This document shows, in pieces, positions 35,678 through 48,550 of a DNA stretch of 64,000 nt. The notes below the pieces were generated by a model. It saw nothing but the letters and a program-made list of their open reading frames with translations. It did no database searches and was not told the origin of the DNA. This DNA is from Tricharina praecox (Eukaryota), in the NCBI RefSeq assembly GCF_024521635.1, contig NW_026250405.1, positions 1,736,001 to 1,800,000 on the forward strand. The letters are read 5' to 3'. Both the position numbers and the translations under genes were made by a program. Within the stretch, counting starts at the first letter, position 1, and each line of letters starts with the position of its first letter.

Positions 35678-38600
35678 TGCAATTGTGCGTTGAAGTAGAG
35701 GAGTGTGGTTTTGAAAGGTAGAAAGTGTGGGAAATGTCGTCGCGATGCGAGAGGATGAGTGGTTGTGTGGGATGGAAGCAAAGAAGTTGTGGAAAAGTTG
35801 TGGAAGGAAGTTGTGGAGAATTTCTGGTGAAGGGAAGAAGTTGTGCTGAACTTGCTGTGAAGTGAAGAAGGAAGGGAGAAGAGAGAGAGGGAGAGCGAGG
35901 AAAATGGAGGGCGAGGGAAAGAAGCGCTAGCCTCGGAGATCGTTAGGGCTAGACAGCGAGGTAGAGCCCTATACATTCCATCACTCGACTACTTGTAACC
36001 TCATCATTACTTGCACTAGCTATTGAACCTGACAGTGACGTAGCATCTAGCCGATGGCGGTAGGGCTATTGATGTTCTCTCTCACTCCAACTTCTTTGAC
36101 ATGAATTGCCATGATCTGGAGAGATATTGAGGAACAAGAAGATGAAATTCAGTATTCGCGCCTGCAACTTAGCAGACCAAACATTAGAGGTAAGATACGA
36201 TGAACGGATGCTTCTGATGTTGAACGACGTATCAAGCGTGCGCGCTGTTCCTCTTATCGACCCGTACCCCGCATATCTCGTTGTTTACATACTATAAATA
36301 GTTTATACCAGCAGCGGATGATCTTCTGTCTCCCAGTTACGAGTTACTGCCAGAGCTTTATATCTCACATCCGCACGACAATGTTCGTATTGTTACGCCC
36401 TTTCGTAGCTACACGGGTCAGGTAGGTATCTTAAGGATGCTGCATTGCGCCCTCAGCCCCTGTGGACGAAGCTTATCGCGCCATCATACATGGTGATCCC
36501 ACTCAGCTGTCCCCCGCTCGAACACAACCCTTCTCCCACCGCTGCTCCGATCAGATCATGTACTCTCACTCGCGTAGCCTTACTATCTTGTCTCGTTGAG
36601 ACCACAAGTTGCGATGAGGTGAGGTGAAAGTGGACCGTCTAGCAAGTTGGCGGACAGGAGGGACAGCTTTTTCAGCGCAAGAAGCGGAGAGGGTTGAGCA
36701 GCGAGGGTTGGCTCGTAGGGTGGGCTGGGCGGAGAGCAATTGCCAATAGCGAACCGGAATCGAGCTCGCGGCCAGCGGTCGGTACCAACAGCCGCGGAAA
36801 CGAATATATAATCTGCCATGATCTACTCTACGGTACTAGGGTCGAAGGTAATGATGAAACAAAAAAAAACTTATAGCGTGATGCTGCCGAGTGATATCTA
36901 GTGCCGCAGTCTTGCCAAAAACAAGAAACCGTCACCACCCCCGGCCGGTCGGTGGCTTGCTTTCAAAACCCCAAGGGCTTCAGTGAATACAAAGGTCTTT
37001 CGCTCGGGAACTTTCCCGCAACCCCCTTCGCCGAGGCGATTGCATGGCCTAGTAGGTAGTAGACCACTGAACACGCGAATGGATTCGATGCTTATAAAGT
37101 GGTGGGTGCCCGGTGCCGCCACGACGGACAAGCTGGATCTGCCACAGCGCTGGCTGCAATGAACTAGCGGGTCACATGCCGTGCAGTGTGCTTTGAAGGG
37201 ATCTGATGCGACGTCTTTACCGCCGATTTTTGATCCGCGTCAGTGACCACTGATGTGCCTCTCTCCACTTCTCGTCGCTAATCCACCTCTTGAGATGTGC
37301 CAGTGAGACGATGGGAAAGCTTTTTTTTGTTCATCATTCATTGTGCGGAGAAAACGAGTGATATATGCTTGCACTAACCTAGCGGCGACCAGCCCACTCT
37401 CAATCGCACCCTCGATTTTCGGCTCCAACCGGAGTTACCGACTGGCTTGCTGCGGCAACCTGTTGTCCCACCAATTTACTGCTACATATAGAGAATTCCG
37501 AAGGTTAAAGTATTTACCTACCTACTTAATTCAATCCCATCGAGAAGTCATTTGCAGGATTGAAGGCATGTAGGTAGGTATGCGGAGGAGTCGGGATTTG
37601 ATTGCGGCTTTTGGGAATTGGGGCAGACCTTCTTGGGGGGGGGAGGGCTCCTGGTTTAAACTTTATGCGCTGGAGACTTGTCGGGACTCGCGATCTTGCA
37701 GTTACGTGTGTACCTACTTTGAAGCTAATCTTAAGTTGGATCATGTGATGAATCATAGAACTATCACACGGTAGTCTATGAATGCCATACCTAGATTTGC
37801 GGCGGCGGCGAGATTGGTGTTTTCGAGGAAGAACGTCTAGTTTTCTTCTTTTTGTAGGCGAATTATGCTTGATAACTATTTCGTATTTTTGGCTCGCGCA
37901 CCCACCATACTATAGGGCCAATCTTCGGTATTGATGTTCCTGCCTTGAGGAGTGCTGGTAATAGGTATGGCAGTGGAGTCTGGACCGTGGAGGCATGTTT
38001 TGGCGGCCAGCAGCTGCTGAAGTTCGACTCTTTTTCTTTGTGTATGTACTATAACTACGTGAAATAGGCAGTTGTCGACATGTCACACAAGTATTTCCTG
38101 GCCATAGGAAGAAAGATCATACATTCCCATCAACAACTGCAAGTCTGCAACCAGCCGTTTTTTCCCCATGTTTTCGAATACCTAGGACTTAATATTTGCG
38201 GCGGTGCCGAAGAACATCATCCCGAATCTAACAACCATCAGACAAGTCTCCATTATCGACAACTGCGTCCCAGAGAAGGTGACGGGTATGGTGAGCTTGA
38301 GTCTTTTTGGCCAACCGGACCACCTCCCACTAGAAACGCCGGCTCGCAAACGAGAATCACTCACGGATCGATTGGCGGTGCGCCCACAATCGCTCTAAGA
38401 GTTCTCAGTCACGCTCGATACCGCGCGGCCAGACGCCGCCGTCGACGGCGTGCTAGATGGTAGAAACACACAGAGAAGCAGGAATGCGAATCGCTCCAGC
38501 GGGCGAATCTAGTCGGAACCCTAAGCAGGCTGCAGGCACGGCTTATTAAGCGAAGAAGACGTGTGCTTAAAGAGCGTGCACACTATCTCCACCGACGTGA

Positions 38601-39089
38601 AAACGGTTCAAGCTCTGTTTATTCGATTCGGCGAATCTCATCGCGAGTGCTCGTCGGTTGACGCTGTCAAGTACCTGTTACGTGCGGAATCTTCTGGCGT
38701 CGGTCGAGGGCTTGAGGCTTGAGGCTTTTACTTCCAGCAAACGGAGCCACAAATAGTCTGCTGATGTGTACTCCGTCCTAGCACACTTCCCCGAAGACGA
38801 CTCGAACAGCTTACTCGCTGCAATACAGAGCATCTTGCCGTCCGCATCACGGCGTAAGCGGCCCTTAATTCTCATATGCACATACCAAGGCGGAATGGTT
38901 TACGGATGGACGGGACCGAAGTCCGTGGGTGATTCCTTTTCCGTGCTTTTCATTTCCCTGAAGTGTCACTTGAACGAGCAAATTCTTTCTGTTTTCCACT
39001 TCCTTTTTCGTCCTCGATGTTTGGTCATTACCGTATTTTTGACTGAGGTGGAGTGAGGTGAGCGATGGGAATGGACTCCCAGGCAGCTA

Positions 39090-39990
39090 GATATTAAGTT
39101 TCATGATGTTCTGTACTCTAGGTATCTGGTATTCAGTTTGGCACGATTCCTAACGAATAAGTAACATCTAGATGCTACATGCTACTGGCACAGCGAGTTA
39201 CGAGTATTGGTACCCCATGGGGCAACAGTACCTAATACCGCAGTACATAATTCCACCGAAGACGTATGGGGGAGAGCCACGGGCAGGCCGCAGTCGCCTG
39301 CTATAGCTGTGCTCGTCAGGGCCACTACAAATCCGAGTGCCAAGAGCCGAGGACAGACGACAAATTCCAGCCAGCCTATCAGCCGTCCGGGGTCAGGTCC
39401 AGTCTCCGAGAGCATACTTCATCGTCGAACCGCCACGGAATTCCGAGCAGATTATGGATGCAAGTAGTTATTCGTGAACCAGATTCAGGCTCTAGCTAGT
39501 GACTGGTCAGATGGCCTCGGGACTCGAAGGAATGCAGTATGCCAAAGTCTACCGAATGGACGAAGAAGAAGAGCAGGAGGTTGCAGAGAAGAAGAAGAGA
39601 ACGCAGTCGGAGGGCGACGGCACGGGCCGGAAGAGGCCAGCTACGGAAGGGCACATTGTCACTCGTGACTCCCTTGCGGCCGCAGACTGTCGTGCCCATC
39701 CGGACGATGAAGAACCAAGCAATCGTCGATCCGATCCCAGCATTCCGAGACGATGCCACAGCCGCCAATCAAATTTAATTATCTACCAGTGCAGTCTACA
39801 CCGACACCGGCGGATACTACTATCCGAGAAGAGATTCATCATTCCAGTACTATGCATCAATACGCTCTTGAGTACTGGCAGTACATTGGACAGCGAGACA
39901 TGGGAGGAAGTCGACGTCAGCCAGGAGGACTTTTATGATCAGGAGATACTATAAGACCATCCGCGCCCAGGCAGAGGACGAGAGCTACAA
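39090..39990 (+). mobile_element. Degenerate LTR-retrotransposon gag relic
   Basis: Zinc knuckle CYSCARQGHYKSEC (CX2CX4HX4C) in ORF 39266-39499. The DNA is homologous to 59090-60020 on the opposite strand. Confidence 0.6.
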
Positions 39991-40139
39991 TGCCGACCCG
40001 GACGAGGATCCCAAGGAAATTCAGTCGCCGTAAAGCGCTAGTCACTGCACGGGCCGATCCTAGAGTCCCGACATGAACCTGGATTCAGACTCGGGAAAAG
40101 GCCGCCGTCACTAGCAGGAGGCCCAAAGGCGAATTGATG

Positions 40140-40490
40140 ACAAAAGGGAGAAGAAGGGGAACCCAGAAGAAGAAGAAGAAGAAGGGAGAGAGAAGGAGGA
40201 GGTGAATCCGGGGGAAGAAGACAAACGTCTGACTGATGAATTTAATTGTTTGGAACTGGATGAAGTCGGTGTATGGAAGTTGGCAGATTAAGACGGGAGA
40301 GAGAAGGAGGAGGTGAACCGAGAGGAAGAAGACGAAAGAGAGAAGAAGGAGGTGAGCCCAGAGGAAGAGTCCGAAGGCTTGACTGATGAATTCATTTTTT
40401 TAGAACTAAATCTCATAAAGGCGGTATATGGAAGTCAGCCGCGTTGAAGTCGAATCTGGATGAAGTCGGTATATGGCAGACAGTAGCGCT
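40140..40490. repeat. Purine-rich degenerate direct repeats
   Basis: GGGAGAGAGAAGGAGGAGGTGAA, TGACTGATGAATT and GGATGAAGTCGGT blocks each recur 2-3 times. Confidence 0.6.
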
Positions 40491-41254
40491 GCCGTCAGAT
40501 ACAGTCAACTGTCGGATGAGAGGAAGTTGGCGACGATCATGGTGAGGGAAGGCAAGGGTCAGATTTGAGGAATCCGTCGGAGCTTTGGGCGGAAACATAG
40601 GGGGTCCTCTGAGCTCTCTCTTGGGAGTTGAGACAAACGAGAGCAGTTGAGGAAATGTTGACGGATCTCGTGGTGCCACTCGAGCCTCGGCGCGATTCTC
40701 GTGACAGTTACCGAATACTAGCCCTGTCACCCTGTGTGTCGGAGTCAGTACCCTCCTCCTCCTCCACCTCCTCCACCTCCTCCACCTCCACACACCCTAG
40801 GCCCTCGGCAGTCCGGCTCCGATTATATTCCTTCCTTCCAAGTTCTCGCTCCCTGAGCTCCCACTCGGAGTCTCGGACACCTCACTTGCTGCATCTTCCT
40901 CAGCGGGCCTGCGGCCTCTGGGAACGTCTACGGTTAGTACCTAGGATGGATACCTACCGGTAGACCGCTGGGAGAAATCGAGTGGGCGGAATCGAGTGGG
41001 AGGAATCGAGTGGGAGGAATCGAGTGAGATCGGTACCCATCTGCCTATGTAGCCAGGATTTCCAGGTCTTCGATCTTGCCGGCTCATCGCTACATACGAG
41101 TGGTAATTGATAACCATAGTCTACAGCCTACCTACCTAGGAGGGATTGTCGACTCTCGAGTGTGGATTCTGGAAGAGGAAGAGAAGAGAAGAGTCTGCGA
41201 GGTGGCCGGATCACTGGTAGGTAATAAGCATGTATGTACCGGTATGTGAGTATA

Positions 41255-41440
41255 TAGTCGATCTGAATCGCTTCCTCGGTTCCTATGAGCATGAGCATGA
41301 GCCCGACTTATCCGAACATACTATACCAACCTACCTACCTCACTGGGTATGTGCACAGGTAGTCGATCTGAATCCCTTCGTGACTTCGTCGGTTCCCATG
41401 GGCATGAGCATGAGCCCGACTTATCCGAAATACCATACCT
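41255..41440. repeat. ~105-bp direct duplication
   Basis: TAGTCGATCTGAATC...CATGAGCATGAGCCCGACTTATCCGAA occurs twice. Confidence 0.75.
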
Positions 41441-42534
41441 GTCAGGCTGTCAGAAGCTCGCTTGGAGGCAGGTATGATAGGTACCTGGGTAAGCAGGCGT
41501 TGATCTATGTGTCTACTCTAGGTACGTGGTACCGCACAGCTCCACAATCCTCTATTGTCGAGTGACGAGTCGCCTGCGGCAAAGAATTTATCCGCATAGG
41601 TACCTAGGTAGTGTCGCCAGAGTGTCGCGTGCTGAGATCTGAGCTTTGAGCTGTGACCACTGAGTCACTGACAGTACTCTAATTGCAGCTCTACTCTAGA
41701 TAATAGGTATTGTCGAACGCGGCAATGAATTTATCCTCATACCGAGTATCGCACTGTGAGCTGTCACGGTAAACGATGTAATTGCATCACTTTCAACTTG
41801 CCGAATATCACGGTAGTTAATACCTAGGTAGATATCCGTTCCTACCAGTGACCATTCGAGTTATCTACCGTAGGTTGCTGTAGCCATGGACGAGCTGCAT
41901 GTCTCGATCCACCATCCATCATCCACTTCCGCTCGGTGATGCGGCATGCCTCGCTTCAGCCTTCAAACTTCAGGTAGGCCCGAGACCTGTTGCTGAACTC
42001 GAAGGAAAGTGTTTCGACTGTATATCCGGTGAAGTACCCCGAATCCATCCCCCATTGATTGTATGTAGTATGCAAGTATGTAAATCTACTTTTTCCGCCG
42101 TACATGCTGCCGTACATTCCGTCCTACATGCTGTCCTCATGCTGTCCTCCCTAGGTATACCGTCCCACGCAAATCACACACACAAAAAAAGGATATACAG
42201 AAAAGAAAAGAAAATAGAAGAGAAGGAAGAAAGAAAGAGAAGAAAGAGACATATGCTGGTCTACCCGAGAAGTACTTGATAGTCGTTGATAAACTACACC
42301 TCCGCCACGCCCCACGCCCCAATCGCGAACTCCACGAACCCACTGTAAAAGAGACGAAACACCTTGAAAGCCAGCAAGCGCAAGGAAAAGAAAAGGTAAT
42401 TGAGAAAAGGAAAGAAAAAGAAAGAAAAAAAGAAAACCAAAAAGGCAACTATTTGCCCCGCGCAGACGCTAAACGATCCCGCGCTGTCTATACCCCTCCA
42501 TTCGTCAACGAGTGATCACCGGCACCAGCCTGGT

Positions 42535-44840
42535 TCACATTCCGGATCGCTATTGCCAACATCAGTTACCGACCGGCTTAGAGTGAAGAAGAGAACGAAC
42601 AAGATGATCTAACCATCTCCTCCTCAGCCCAACGGCTGACGACGCCTCCCTCGACCTCCTTCCTCGTGATCCCAGCGCGCGCCTCAGACAACCCCATGCT
42701 GACCAGGAAGTTGACTGTATCCTTCCACTCCTGCTCCTTCCTGCCCTTGTTCCACGTGAGCTCGACCGCCATGATGTCGATGACCTTCGGCAGTGCCTCG
42801 AGACACGCATTGACGTTCAGGAATGCGAGACGCGTGCGCCGGGCTAGGACGTCGACGGCGGTTTGTGCGAGTTCGCTGCGCACGGCGTAGCGGACTTCGC
42901 CGTCGATGAAGGGGTAGAGCTCGGCGAGGCGTTTGCCTCGCAGAGGAAAGCGCGCGTGGGTTGGCTCCGAGAGCGATGCCACCGCCCAGGCGCGGTCGCC
43001 GTAGTTGTGGGCGAGGTGGTGTGCGACCTCGGCGTCGATGCCGAAGTGCTGGATCAGGTGGATGAAGAGCGTCTTGGAGAAGCCGTGGGCGCCAACGAGT
43101 TGGACGTGCTCTGTTTGGCAATTGCCGGTGATGGGGATCATGCCGGGCGAGGAATAAGCGGCGGGTTTGGGGCCGGGCATGAGGCGGAACTCCTTGATGG
43201 CGGCATCGACGGCTTCTTCGGCCATCTGTCGGTAGGTGGTCCATTTTCCGCCGGCGATGGTGATGAGGCCAGAGTCTGAGATGTTGATCAGGTGGTTTCG
43301 GACGAGAGATTCGGTATTCTTCGCGTCTGGGTCCTTGACGAGCGGGCGTATTCCGGACCAGGCCGCAAGGACGTCGCTACGGCGGATGGTGATCTCGGGT
43401 GAGACGTAACGCTGAACCTCGGAGAGGATCCAGTTGATCTCCTCCTCTCGGGGGAGAGGGTGTGGAGTTATCGTCGTCGGCGCATCAGTGGTGCCGGCGA
43501 TTGTGTTTCCCTGCCAAGGGAGGAAGAAGATCACGCGCCCGTCGGAGGTGCTCGGATCGATGAGGCCCTGGAGATATGCGAGTTAATAGGAGTCCGCGGT
43601 AGAGCTGTGGATAGAGGTGAGAGTTACCATTCGGGCCGGAGAGAAGTATCCAGGTAGCACGATGTGCACGCCGCTGCTGGGTGCCACAATCTCCTGGGTC
43701 TCAGCATGGTCAAGCTTTCGAATTGAGTCGGTGAATGGCCCCGTAGCGTTGATCACACCCTGTGATTGTAGGTGTTAGTTGATACGATCTCGGTGATCTT
43801 TAAGGATTGAAATTCTAAAAGGTCGCGAGTTTCACGTCCAAAAGAACGGATGAAGGGGGGGAACGAAGGGGAGAGAATTGTTGACTGGAAATAGTACCTT
43901 TGCTCGCACCAAGAAGTCGTCTCCGCTCTTCCCCGAGAGCAAGTCTTTCACTCTCACTCCAGTGATTCTGCCCGTCGCCGAGTCCTTGACAAGCTCGTTG
44001 ACCTCGGCGTGGTTGACGACCGTGGCTCCGTACAATGCGGCCGTCAGTGCGATTGTGACGTTCATGCGAGAGTCGTTATGCGATCCGTCTGTAAACCCAT
44101 CAGCCCCGTCAACTCAATCCCACATCAACACCGCAGCCTGGAGTTTTCTTACCGTAGTACACAAGCGCGCCCACCAGACCCGAGCCTCGCAACATCGGAA
44201 ACGCCTCCAGAGCCTTTCCCCTCGTCAAGAAGTACGAGCTCTCGAGATTCTCCTTCCCCGCTAGGAGATCGTAACACTTGGTACCCGCCCAGAAGTACGG
44301 CGCCTTCCACCACTGATAGATGGGCAGCATGATCGGCAGACTCATACTCAGATGCGGCGCGATAGTCAGGAACACTGCGCGCTCCTTCAGCGCCTCGCGC
44401 ACGAGTGTGTATTGTGAGTAATCCAGTTCCTTTACCGCCTTCTCCAGATACCTGACGCCCCCATGAACGAGCTTCGTCGACTTGGACGACGTTCCGGAGG
44501 AGAAATCGTCCCGCTCGACACACGCCACCTTCAGCCCTCTACTCGCGGCATCGAGAGCGATTCCAGCGCCTGTAGCTCCGCCGCCGATGATGACGAGATC
44601 GTACTGGGTGTCCTCGGTGCTGGCGGCGCGCAGCCGCGCAAGGTGCTCCTGCCGTGTGGGCAGAGTCGGTACCTTTGGCGGTGTAGAGTGTCCGCCGTTG
44701 GGCCCGCCTCTTGTCAGCTCGGCGTAGCTAGGTGTGGGTTTGGGGTTAAGCGCTTTGTAGGCGACGTATGCGAGTCCCGCCGATCCACCGATCAGGAAGG
44801 GCTTCGCCAAAGCTCGCGCGGTTGTGCGAGCGCCGGCCAT
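42535..44840 (-). CDS. GUT2: Mitochondrial FAD-dependent glycerol-3-phosphate dehydrogenase
   Basis: Motifs YDLVIIGGGATGAG, SGTSSKSTKLVHGGVRYLE, VINATGPFTD, WSGIRPL and GGKWTTYR. There are at least 3 introns between ~43570 and 44152. The 3' end is uncertain (42578 if the last intron is not used). Confidence 0.92.
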
Positions 44841-47800
44841 TGTGGAGGACCGGAGATCGAGGGGCGCAGAGGCAGTTACGGAAGTGGTCGCGTTGGGAGG
44901 GAAGCGACTACGACGATGAGGTCAAAGAGGGGCAGCGCAGGAGGTGGAGATGGATGGAGGGTCAATGGTGGGGATACGGAGGGCACTGGGGGGAGTAAGG
45001 AGGAGAGGGGGAGGAGAGGGGGAGGAGGGAGAAGAGGAGAGGAGGTGAGGGGAGAGGGAGCGCGAGATTGAGGAGGAAGAATGAGTAGAAGAGGACAAGG
45101 GAGGAGAGGAAGAGAATGGGCAGGATGAGCGCCGTCCGTCCCTCCGTCTGACCCCCTCCAAGAACGCCTTGGCTTGGGGTGCATGTCTGCATGGGATGGT
45201 GCGTTTGTGTCGGGAGAAAAGACGGCCCGAGATCGACGCGACATCCCCATCAGGCCAGGCCAGGCACGGTTCACATGGGCAGCGGTGCCGCGGACGTGGT
45301 GGCGGCGAGGGTGGTGGTTGGCCGCCTTGCGCCTGAATGGCCGTGGCAGAGCTCATTCCTCTCTTATCCGCGGGACTTCATTCTTCACACACACGATCCT
45401 CCGCTGCTTTGGTATCGATATCTATCCAGTCATCGCTGCTCCCGTCAGATTCTGTCTTCTGCCCATCCTCACAGCTGACACGTGAAGCAGAAAAAATGAG
45501 AGTGTCCCCCTCCCCCCTCCCCATTTTACCGACGTCACCAGACACCAGTGCCCCTCCCCACCTTTCGACTCTTCACACTAGATACTTCGCACTCCCCTTA
45601 AACTGCCGATCACCGAAAGCCGCCAACCACCAGTTGGAAGCTACAAAGAAACCGCATCGATTCGGCAACACCGCGGCATCCGCAGACCCCACCGGAATGT
45701 CCCCATCGCCAGCGTGCAGCGTTCCAGACCAGAGGTGCAAATTATATGCACTCGTTTGTCCGAACTGCAGAAACCTGCCCACTCACACCGGAGAATCGAA
45801 CAAGCAATATGAGCGAGCAAAACCCAAACGAAATAGTTAATCCGTCTAACCGAAGCTCTAACTCTATGCTGTGTGTAGAATTGCAACTCCCCCGACATAC
45901 TGCTCACCCCCCCTGACCAGAGAATGCGTGTCTAGTCGCGAACCGCCGATTCGTTGCTGAAAGGAGCAACCTCTCTTCGGTCAAGTGCACACGAAACCCC
46001 GAGATGGCCGAGGTGCTTGCCTATTTCTCCGCTAGAGAATTGCGCGTGCGTTCTGGCATTCGAGCTGTGCGGGAGAGCGCGAGGGAGAGAAGGAGAAAGA
46101 GCGAGGCAGAACACCCACCGGCGAACTCCCCGCCGATATGCGCTGCCGTCCGCAATCGTATATATCCCCCGTCGCTCGCACGCGTCTCCCTGGAGTCGTT
46201 GCTCCGTATCCCCACATCCCTCATCCTTTTTGCCCGCTAAACGTGGAGATCCTGGCAGGCTGGGCTCGGAAAAACCCCGACAGGCCCGACAACCGGTGCT
46301 ACTACGGATCATCTGTTTTTCCGGAACCGAGCAGGACCAGCCCCCCCTCCCTCCACCCCTTCCCCACGTCCCGTCGCCCCCGCGTTCGAACCGAGGAGGC
46401 AAAAAAAATCGAAAATCCCTGGGAATCATATGGGCTCCGCCAAAACCACAGGTACTCTAGATACCGGTACTACATGTACGCCACATCGCAGGAGTTCCTG
46501 AAAGCACCGAGGTACCGCTTTACATACACCGACGGATAGGATGCGTACGTATCATACCTATGAGGATGCCAATTCCCACCGAGCTTTCTTTCGCGTCGGC
46601 ATATCTGCCCGGTCACCCGCTGGGCCGTATGCATACGTAGCAACACCGAGATTCGACGACTTCGGTCTGCTTTACGTGCCTGAGATGATGGCCCAGGGGA
46701 TATAAGGAGCCCCTTCCCCGTTCCTTTTTCATTCCTCGCTCCTGCTTGCGTAGTAGCAGCTATCGGATGCCTGCTCCCATCCCTATTCTGCAGCTGCACT
46801 GGTATCGCGGTCTGAGTCGTCTGAGTCGGAAAACCATCTCCGTACGTGTCGATGCACCACTGAGGAGGACCCGGACCCGCGCAAGGCGATCTCCGAAGGC
46901 GCCCTGCCCTGCAGCTTCTCCAGTGTCCACCCCGCTCTGCAAACTCTATCTATCTATCTACCCACCTATCTATCTACCTGGCAACGTCGGCCCCAACACC
47001 GCGGCCGCGATATTCGGATTCCGGGAAATACGAGGATTGGTAGGAAGATTAAACTATTTTGTTGCTTGCTTCTTCTTCTTCTCCGGACCGGTGCCCTTCT
47101 ATATATACAGAACATGTCTGCCTTTGGGAGATAGACCAGACAGCAAAACTCATCTCCTCCTCCGGAATCCAGATACAGCTTGCATTCCCGAGTCCTTGAC
47201 TCCTTAACTGCTTCAGCACTGAGAACAGTGCTCCTTGAAAGTTGAAACTTCACCATCACCTTACAGCCGACGCTGTAATCTGACACATACTCTATGTGGA
47301 CCACGACTTTCTTTCCCCGCATCCCACAGGGTCCGCCGGACACATATTTGCGGTTGAAATTGGTTGCGGTCACGCGCGGCGTGGTTATGGTTATTCTGCT
47401 GTGTATGGGATGAGATGGGGTACACAGGCCTCTCATAAGTTTGAGGTGGCTGTGCTACCGGTTTCCACGAAATCGCGGATATGAGGAAGATATGAAATGA
47501 CAGGCGAGGGGTAGGGACGAAACAATTTTGGGCCTGCCGGATGCGGTGATCTCGTGAGCACTGACTGCTATGTTGAGGACCCTTACTGGGGGTGGATTTG
47601 AGCCTGAAGTCGTGAGGCCAGACTCCAGACTCCAGAGCTGGCTGTGCCAGAATTCCAGGCTTCCGGCCAGATGACGGATCTCGCATCTCATCGCGACGAG
47701 CGTTCCGAGGGATCGGGATTTTATTCTTTCTTTACTGGTTTGCCCGACTCGCCTTCACATACTGTTCTACTCTAATTGAGGTTCAGCACTTCCTCACGAG

Positions 47801-48237
47801 TCCACCCAACGCGGCGAATGACGCCATCCTGTCCCTCAGCTCGCCCCTGCTTTTACCCGCGGCATCGCGAGGGGTTAGTTAGATAATAATCAGATCTAGC
47901 GGGTTATCACGATAATTCTCTCATTCTCATCGCACCTCCTGTGTAAATGTAAAACGAGCTCACGCTGTACGCCGTCTTTGAATGTGCTCATTACTGGGAG
48001 GTAGGAGGTACACTTTGTATGTCAGACGGCGTTCCGTTGATTTCAAAGCCGGTGCCCGTGTTCTCTGATAGATGGGCAGATGGGAGGTAGATCAATAGAT
48101 AAAGCAGCTCATCACCCACCACCCATCCACCTTCCCGCTTCTTCCGTTCTCATCAAACCTCCGACCCTATCCACGAACCAGCTCTACCAACACCACCACC
48201 AATACCAATAACCACACCTTCGAACCCCAAACAAACA

Positions 48238-48550
48238 ATGCCTGACCACCACTACGAGCTCGAAGTAAAGATGTCCTGCTCTGGCTGCTCAGGCGCCGTC
48301 GAGCGGGTGCTGAAGAAGCTCGAGGGTGAGCTCCCCTTTTTTCCCCTCCCCCTCCTTTTCCCCCCCGCGCCCCCTACTCTTGACTCTCGCTAATCCCGCG
48401 CACAAAACAGGCGTTAAGGAATACAAGACCGACCTGGAGACGCAGAAGGTCACTGTCACGACGGACGAGACGGTCGACCTCGAGAAGGTCAAGACCGTCA
48501 TTGGAAAGACCGGGAAGGAGATTGTTTCTGCGAAGGAGGTTGTGGTTTAA
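48238..48550 (+). CDS. ATX1: Copper chaperone Atx1 (HMA domain)
   Basis: MPDHHYELEVKMSCSGCSGAVERVLKKLEG, intron 48326-48410, then ..KTGK. Carries the MxCxxC motif. Confidence 0.92.

Noticed and set aside
34670..35698. 342-aa plus-strand ORF
   Set aside because: It is the antisense shadow of the low-complexity minus-strand frame.
36000..39050. Scattered 60-130 aa ORFs
   Set aside because: No domain or splice pattern that I can support.
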